From Vicugna vicugna (taxonomy: Eukaryota): 64,000 nucleotides of DNA. The position numbers and the translations under genes are program-made. This document shows positions 57,401 to 64,000 of the stretch, one piece after another (position 1 is the first letter of the stretch; every line of letters begins with the position of its first letter). Below the pieces are notes generated by a model. The model ran no database searches. It had not been told where the DNA came from and saw only the letters and a program-made list of their open reading frames with translations. Where the stretch lies: assembly GCA_013265495.1 (NCBI GenBank), contig MU062559.1, positions 5,788,577-5,852,576 of the forward strand. The letters are read 5' to 3'.

Positions 57401-59981
57401 CGGCGGTTGGCTCAAGGAGAAGGAATAGCAACTGGGGAACAGCTGCGGGACAGAGCTGCCTCATAGGCCTCTTTGTTCGGAGGGGCTGAGGGGGTGGTGG
57501 GGGTAAGGGCACACAGCTCCTTCCACCCAGGCTGAGAACTGGACCTCCTTCAGGGGGACTGCTCAGCTACCACCCCACTCCTAGAAAGGGAAGTGGGGAG
57601 TCTCTGACCTCCTCCCAGGTGCCCAGATGCTCAATTTCAATCCTAAGAGAATGCCCAGGAGGCCACCCCGACAGCCCCTTCCCACCACTAAGTGGGCAGA
57701 AGGAACTAGAGGAAGCAGGATGCCCACCTGGCAGCGAACCCTTTACAATCACCTCGGGATTGGGCAGCCCCTGCCCCCTCCCTTCCAGCCTCAGCCTTGG
57801 GCCCAGCAGCTGAATTGCTGACAGCTTATCTCACTCGGTGGCAGCGGCAGAGTGAGCCACTTGGCCCAAATGGGGAACAGTTCCCTTCTCCTCAAAAGGA
57901 ACATAATGGAGGGTTCCCTCCAGCCCCGCAAACCAGTTTTTGCTTCTTCCCCCTCTCCTCCGAGCCGGCCTCTCCACATACAGTTGAGCCAAGGGGGCCG
58001 GAGCCAGGCACCACCATGGGGGAGGAGAGAGGTGTGCTCAGGAAGGATGAGGCCTGGAGAGGGGCTGAGCGCCCCCGCAGCAGGGAGGAGAGGGGAAGGC
58101 TGAGCCATTTCCTATAAAGTCTCTGTGAGGCCCCAGGCCCTCCCCTTGAGACCCCATATGGGACAGTCAATCCTGTCGGTCAAATCTCAGCTGCTGAGGG
58201 ATGAAGGCCCCAGGGATAACTCCTCTCTGACCCCCGCCCCCCGAACCACACCCGCTCTCAAGCAGCCCTCAGCCCCACTACACACACCAGGGCCCCCTCC
58301 CCCACCCCCTGTCCTCAGGCTTGTCCTTCTGGAAAGCTCAGAGACATCTGCTGTGTCACGGAGGCAGGGCTATTTCCAGGCCAGAGCGGGTTGGGGGGGG
58401 CAGTTTTGGGGCAGGAGGGGGTAAGGCCTAGAGAGGGGACTGGACAGGGCAAAGGGCCCCAGACTGACCTCAGCAGCTAATTCAGGAGGCCTAGAGATAC
58501 CCTAAGGGAGAGTGGGGTTGGACAGACATTCAATTATCTGAAGAAGTCTCTGGGGCATCCTGGTGGGGCACCTGACCCCCTGTGAAACTCCCTTCCAGGG
58601 GCCTCGGAGTGCATCTACGCTCCCCCTCACCACGCTCTTTCTTGCAAATCATAGCAGGGCTCTTAAGAGCTCACCACAGGGGTAGGGGGTCTTCCCCAGG
58701 TCTCCAGCCTGCGGGGATGACTGCAGGCCTGTGAGGGGAGTGCCAGCCCCTCTCCTCTCAGAGTCCACCCTAGGCTCCCCAGCTCCCAAGCCTAAAGTGC
58801 CTCCCCACCCCCACCCAGCACTGACACACCTTCCAAATCTGGTTACACTCAATGACTTCCTCCCTTCTCTAGGCCTTCCCTCCCTCCTCTCAGCCCAGAC
58901 CATTAGCTGCAGCCAATCCGGGTTTAGAAGGTGGGCTGAGGCCGGGCATGGACAGGAGGGAGCCCCCTCCCCCGCTGGCTGAAGCCGGTAGAGGACAGGC
59001 AGGGGTTAAGGCTCCCTGCGCTCGCTCAGGACCTTTTTAGGTTTCCGAAGCTGGGCTCTACAGGCTCTGGCCCCTGGGCCTGAACCCAGCTGCCGAGCAC
59101 ATGCCTGCGGGGGCCCCAGGCCCCGCGCCCGCCCGGTCACCAGCTCTCCCTCTGAGCCCTGTGATCGGGCAGTGGTTGGGACCTGCCTTCTGCTCCTCCT
59201 TCCCGTTGGAAGTGCCGGGAGGCTGGGAAGCCATTTGCTTTGTTTAGGGGGAGGTGCCCCCAGGAATCAATAATAGGCATTGGCCCTGTCCTCTCAAACA
59301 AGGGCTGGGGTTGCGGATGGCGGGAAAGGGGAAGATGAGTAGAGGCGGGTTGGTGGGAGTGTGCGGGGGAGACTGAAGCTGGAGGATTAAGAAACGGACT
59401 GGTCTGGACTCTCCCGGACCTCTTTGGGATGCCGGCCGTCCAGAGGGGTGTGAAGGCAGAGCCCGAGGGGTCTGCATCGGCAGGCGAGAGCCGGGCTGGG
59501 GTTCTCTCCCGGTGCCGTGGCGCTCTCTGCCCTTTCGGCTTCCCGCGCGCCCACCCAACACCTGAGTCCCCTGTCCCCATGGGTCAGCCCCGCCGCGGAG
59601 CACTACCCCTCCACACCCGCACTGACCGATGGACACGAGCTTGATGTGCTCGCGCTCAAGGAACTCGAGGGCCACAGACACATTCTCCAGCTTCATCTGG
59701 CGGAAGTTGGGGCGCGGGTGAAACTTGCGGTACATGCGCTTCTGGCTGAGGACCTCGAGCAGCGCGATGAGGCGCAGCCCGTCGCTGAGGTCGCGCTGTA
59801 GGTCGGTCAGGCGCTTGCCCACGCACTTGAGGTGCTCGTTGCACCACCGCGTGAAAGTGTTCTGTTGGATCTTCTTCCATGGCGCGTCCTCCGCCAGGTC
59901 CTTCTCCGTGGACGGCATGTCGTCCGCTTCGTCGCCCAGACCGAGGCCCGGGGCCTCGGAGTAGCCGCTGTTGTTCATCAT
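33426..59981 (-). CDS. FLNC: Filamin-C, 48 coding exons (actin-binding domain plus 24 Ig repeats), about 2720 aa.
   Basis: Exons in transcript order: 59981-59627, 55295-55047, 53484-53387, 53236-53086, 52990-52872, 52662-52585, 52414-52252, 52082-51882, 50585-50448, 50070-49944, 49792-49656, 49424-49231, 49138-49025, 48407-48264, 48035-47912, 47761-47601, 47424-47334, 47244-47075, 46863-46746, 46653-46391, 46014-45417, 44721-44548, 44435-44273, 44024-43864, 43132-42965, 42885-42762, 42251-42095, 42019-41830, 41707-41684, 41568-41321, 40863-40783, 40469-40370, 40053-39913, 39614-39486, 39403-39230, 38604-38443, 38351-38148, 37705-37553, 37475-37353, 37220-36978, 36844-36575, 36476-36339, 36084-35969, 35322-35190, about 35101-34925 (start in Ns), 34751-about 34533 (end in Ns), 33930-33721, 33613-33426 (TGA). 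Starts MMNNSGYSE...[19 protein letters not shown], carries the FLNC-specific insert [22 protein letters not shown], ends [10 protein letters not shown]. Confidence 0.99.
36978..37220 (-). other. FLNC: FLNC exon 40 (243 nt), the FLNC-specific insertion in Ig repeat 20.
   Basis: Translation [81 protein letters not shown] with AG/GT boundaries. Known to be absent from FLNA and FLNB. Confidence 0.95.
40783..40863 (-). other. FLNC: FLNC exon 31 (hinge 1, alternatively spliced cassette), 81 nt.
   Basis: CTCCCAG|GCGTGT...CACTGG|GTACTG, phase 0/0, encoding [27 protein letters not shown] between Ig repeats 15 and 16. Confidence 0.9.
41684..41707 (-). other. FLNC: FLNC exon 29, a 24-nt micro-exon (VSIGGHGL).
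   Basis: TTTCCAG|TGTCCATTGGAGGTCACGGCCTGG|GTGAGT, phase 1/1. Confidence 0.9.
50998..51373. repeat. Degenerate minisatellite-like array in FLNC intron 8; 11-bp core TG(C/G)CA(C/T)(A/G)GAAC recurring about every 19 bp.
   Basis: Cores at about 50998, 51018, 51055, 51074, 51090, 51109, 51128, 51166, 51185, 51203, 51238, 51255, 51275, 51298, 51315, 51334, 51353 and 51363. Confidence 0.8.
55640..55975 (-). mobile_element. L1MB-type 3' end in FLNC intron 1.
   Basis: TTTGATTTGAGGTATGCTTGACATACAACAAACTGTACATATT...GGCAATAACTGATCTACT...GTTTGCATTCTCTAGAGTTCTACATGAATAGAATCATACAGTATGTA. Confidence 0.78.
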
Positions 59982-60480
59982 GCTGGCGCGGGCTGGGGCG
60001 GGGGCTGTGCTGCCGTCTGGGCTCGGGCTGGGGGCGCTCTGGGCTCGGGCTGGGGGCGCTGTCGGGGCGCTGTCGGGACTCGCGGCTCTGCGCTGCGCGG
60101 CTCTCAACTTCTCTCGCGCCTCTGGCGGGACTCGGCGGGCCTCCTTGGCTCTTCAGCCGCGCTCTCTCTCTCTCTGTCTTTCTCCCTCCGGGGGCGGAGC
60201 GGTGCTCGGGAAGTGCGGGCCGGGCTGGGGCGGGGGGTTTAAGAAGCCCCTGGGCCGCGTCCCCCCCGCCGCGCCCGCGGCCCCCGGGTCCACGTCAGAG
60301 CGCCGGCCTCCCAGGAATGCCGCCTGGCCCGCGGGTGGGGGCCGCGCCGACCCGGCCGGCCCCGCCTCCCTCCCTCCCCTCCCCCACGTGGCCGGCGGGC
60401 GGGAGGGGGCCCTCTCCCGTGGCCGGGGTCTGCGGCCCCGCGGGCTTGGGACCCAGGGCCGGCGCGCTGGAGAGGTGGAT
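59560..60480. promoter_or_regulatory. FLNC promoter CpG island with GC boxes, a weak TATA-like element and CACGTG/TGACGTGG motifs.
   Basis: Very high GC and CpG density over exon 1 and upstream. TATA-like CTTAAA on - at 60238-60243, multiple GGGCGG, CCACGTCA at 60290-60297, CACGTG at 60385-60390. Confidence 0.85.
60017..60060. repeat. Perfect 22-bp tandem duplication in the FLNC 5' UTR.
   Basis: CTGGGCTCGGGCTGGGGGCGCT at 60017-60038 and at 60039-60060. Confidence 0.95.
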
Positions 60481-63084
60481 AGTGGAACTGAAAAGTGAGG
60501 CGGGGTGAGGGCTCCCAACCAGAACTAAGCATTGCCAGCCAGAGATGAAATATACAGAGAGAAACTGAGGCCAGTGGTTAGGGCAAAACACACTCATCTG
60601 GTGTTGACAGAACTTTCTGGATCGGTTGATGGCAGGGCTGTTGACAGGGCCTGGGAGTCCTGGCTCCTAGCCCAGGGTATTGTCCACCTGCGGACAGGGA
60701 AGGGAAGTGTGTGTGCTTCTGTGCAGATAGACTGAGAGGAAGTAGTGTCACTGCCCAGGCCAATTAGGGAGAGGCTTGGGGTGGGCGTGCTCCACTTTAC
60801 AGGTAGAAAAGTCTAATTTGAAGCCCAAACCCAGGGTCCCAGGGGAAAGACTGAGGCCACCCCTGACTCAGTGTCCCTGTCACCAGCCCATTTGGCCTCA
60901 TCCCCTCAAGAATGGAGCTGAGCTCAGGAAGAGTGCCAGTGAGTCACACTGTGCTCCCCTCCAAGTCTGACTCAACCAAGGTGATGAGGAGGGTGGGAGA
61001 GGGAGCCCCCCTGGGCGATGTGTCCATTTGGGCCACAGGGCAGAGCCTTCCAGTCAAAGGGCAGGTTAGCCAGACAGAAACAGGGAGAGCCCTGCCCAGA
61101 GCAGCAAAGGGGAAATGCGATGGGGGCTGGTGGGCAGGGAGAGCCCTAGGGAGCCCGCCAGGATGTCTGGGCAGGACTGGGCTCAGGGTGAGCCAAGGGC
61201 AGCTGCAGGCCTAGGGCATGGTGACAGCAGGGAAACTGAGGCACTCCAACAGAGAAGCTGGCCTGGGATGAGGTGAAAGAACACATATAAAGAGAATATA
61301 TATCCTGCAATTCTGTAGGATACATTCATTCCACACCTCCTGGTAACCCCTTTAGACCAAACTTCCTCAGCTTTCCCATCCTTCAGGCCCATAAATTTGG
61401 GCCCCAACTCAAGCAGTGTGATGATTGAAATTTGGGGAGTTTCTGATGAATTGTTCTACCTTATTCCTTTTCTCCCACTAGGCCTACTGAAAAGGAAAGG
61501 AATAGTGGGCATTTTTGAGGGCAGAATGAGGGGAATCCCTGTTATGGAGCTGGGGGAGAAGTTCAGGAGTCCTATGGTGGGTAGTGCTTATGGTAAAAGG
61601 GGTCCATGAATGATTTCTTTCCCTTCTCATTAGTTAGGGAGGGGGAGGAGCAGAGAAGGGACCAGAAACAGAACAGGGACCTGCTGTGCGTGGCTTAGGA
61701 GGGGGGCAGCTGGGGGCCCTGATAGTGACAGGCGAGATATAAATAGCTTGGGCCCTGAGGCTCATGTTCTGTCGGCTGCCTGTGACGAGGTGCTCAGGAA
61801 TTCCACTCTCCTGTTGGCACCCCTCTTCCCTATCTCCAGAACTCTCTCCCCCCATGCTACCTTTGTCCCATGGCCAAAACCAACCATCAGGTATCAGTGA
61901 TCTCCATCTACTCAAGAGGCTGGACGCTCCTGTGGAGAGATGCCCAGCTCCTGGGGACACAGGACACGTAGCTGGGTCTCACGAGGGAACTCTGTGTGTG
62001 TGTGTAAAAAAGCAGGCTTCTGATACACAATCTGAGGTGCCAGTTCAGGGTTCAGTGATGTCATCTCTAAAGCCCTGATGAAGAAACTGAGGTATAGATC
62101 TGAGCATGATTGATTCCTCTCCCAGAGCCTCTGGGAAGAAGAGAAAGGGGTAAAGTGGGATTGTCTGGAGCTGATAGCCCTTTACAGACCCTAAAGGCTC
62201 ACAGTCCTATTTTGTGGGTGTTACCTAAGGCCCCCCAGTAACTTGAGGGCCTTCTTTAAGTTGGGGGAAGTTCAGAGGGAAGCCATTAAGTGGACAAAGA
62301 ACTTTCCTCTCCCCCTTCTCGTTCCCTCTCTCCAGGGGAGGGCTGTGTGCGGGCCCCAGGGGAATGAGTGAATGGTCGGCAGAGGGTGCCCAGTGCCAAG
62401 GATGGTTCCCGGCACCCCTCTTACCCCCCTTCTCCCCAGAAACCTGAGCCTGTCGCTCTCCAGGATAAATCAGGGCCTGACTCAGGCCCCAGCCAGCCAG
62501 TCACAGTCAGCCTGACCCAGGCGCAGGCTGGTGACTCAGCCCTCAATATAGCCCATGAGCCCGGGCCCCTGGCCCAGCCAGGAGGGCTAGAACAGACCGT
62601 GCACAATGCTGGTCCTGGGGCCTGCCAAGCTTGGGCCCCCTCCCCAAGGAGAGCTGATGCGTTCCTCCCAGAGCTGGGCAGGGGCGCATAGAGGGGCTTG
62701 CAGGGGGTTTCATCAGCTGAGTATTTGGGACAGTGCTGGCTGTGGCCACAGGCTGTTTATAGCCCCCTGACTCACCACCTGCTGACCTGTCTTAGGAGAC
62801 CAGGTTGCCTGGCTTTTCACCTAGCTCTGCCTTTCCCACCAAGGGGCACTGCTTGCCAACCACCGACATTGGCCATATTTAACTTGGGCTAAGCAGAATC
62901 TGGGTGAGTGGGTCCAATGGACCATGTGTGAAAATCCTGTTTTCCTGGAACCAGAGACTTTTCCAGTCACTTGTGATGGCACCAGGACGACCAGGCTTAC
63001 AGCAGGCACTGTGATCTATCCGTGAGACTGACTGTGGCCCTGATCTAGGTTGGGAAGGGACAGTGTGGGAGGGTGGAAAGATCC

Positions 63085-63255
63085 ATAGTCTGAATTCCAG
63101 CCTCTTCACCCCTGGTTCTGTAAACTTGGGCAGGTAATGTAACTCTTTGGGGCCTCAGTTTTCTCTCATAGCGATATTTTTTATGTGTGAAAATGAAAGG
63201 AGGTAACATGTAAAATGATTAGCATGGTGCCAGGCAGCTAATAGGTGATCAGAAA
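63085..63255 (+). mobile_element. MIR SINE.
   Basis: TCTGAATTCCAGCCTC...TTGGGCAGGTAATGTAACTCTTTGGGGCCTCAGTTTTCTC...GCATGGTGCCAGGCA. Confidence 0.65.
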
Positions 63256-64000
63256 AAACTTAGTTTCCTTCCTCTGCTGGTATTCTGGGAACCATGTGGG
63301 TTCTGGTGAGCTAGGCCTTCCTCACGGCTGTCTCTATCCCCTGTAGAGTCCTGCCAGTATCTGCCAGTATCTCCAGGACTCCCTTCTTCCCTGCATCCTA
63401 ACACTCCACCTGCCAGACTCAGAACCAGAATACTTCTGATCTTTAGAGCCACCCGCTGTGCCCAGTAGCAGCTGGTCCTTGACAGGGGTGCCAGGTGGTG
63501 TGCTCTACCTCGTGGCCTGGGAAGGGAAAGCAGAGGGGGCCGTGGTGCAGGGAGAGAGCAGAAAGGAAGCAGTCATGCAGAGGGCAGAAGAGGGGGAGAC
63601 GGAGGCCCCTGGACGTGTTTTGAGTCCTAGGTTCTCTCTGTACCTGGGCTTGGCTGCATGCCTTCTTGTGGCTTCTAAGAGACACCGCTTGTAGATTTAA
63701 AGCTCGCTCAAATGAGTGTTTCACATCCAACTCAGGCAGACCTCTTAAATCTACTCTAATGACCGTGCAGCAGCAAGACTAGGAAGCACAGAGTCCAGAT
63801 CAATGAAGAGGATGGTGTTCTAAGATGAGCCAACAGGGGCAAGTGTCCTAAAGGAAAGAGCTCTGTATTCTAAGCAAAAAGGCTGAGGAAAAGGACCCCT
63901 TTCCTGTCATTTCCTAAGCTCTCGGTTTGAATCTTGGAAGGACCAAGTGAACTCCTGACTGCCTACCAGGCCATGACTCCATCTTGGCTTCAAATTCCAA

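Noticed and set aside
53800-61400. SRF CArG boxes near FLNC (CCTATAAGGG about 53805, CCCATATGGG about 58153, CCATAAATTTGG about 61389)
   Set aside because: None fits CC(A/T)6GG exactly.
62800-64000. 3' exons of CCDC136, expected upstream of FLNC by synteny
   Set aside because: No matching coding exon is visible; the window probably ends before that gene.

Overview
Placental-mammal genomic DNA, with gene order matching human 7q32.1. No Alu, B1/B2 or other young SINE is visible, so probably not a primate or rodent. Left to right: (1) the 3' 33 coding exons of KCP on +; (2) a spliced 8-exon ORF of about 637 aa on + (18642-24344) that I cannot assign to any gene I recognise; (3) SPMIP1/ATP6V1FNB on -, whose last coding exon lies antisense inside the predicted 3' UTR of the unrecognised gene; (4) ATP6V1F on -; (5) all 48 coding exons of FLNC on -, plus its CpG-island promoter and about 3.8 kb of upstream DNA. 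Five N runs hide parts of two MaLR LTRs, ATP6V1F exon 1 and FLNC exons 45-46. Interspersed repeats are old eutherian families (MIR, L2, L1M, MaLR, MER33, MER8-like). The best novelty candidates are the unrecognised gene (octapeptide repeat, GC-AG intron, antisense overlap with SPMIP1) and an array of about 20 copies of an 11-bp core at about 19-bp spacing in FLNC intron 8. Exon boundaries were read by hand from GT/AG sites and frame continuity. Gene identities and cross-species comparisons come from recalled sequences, not database searches.
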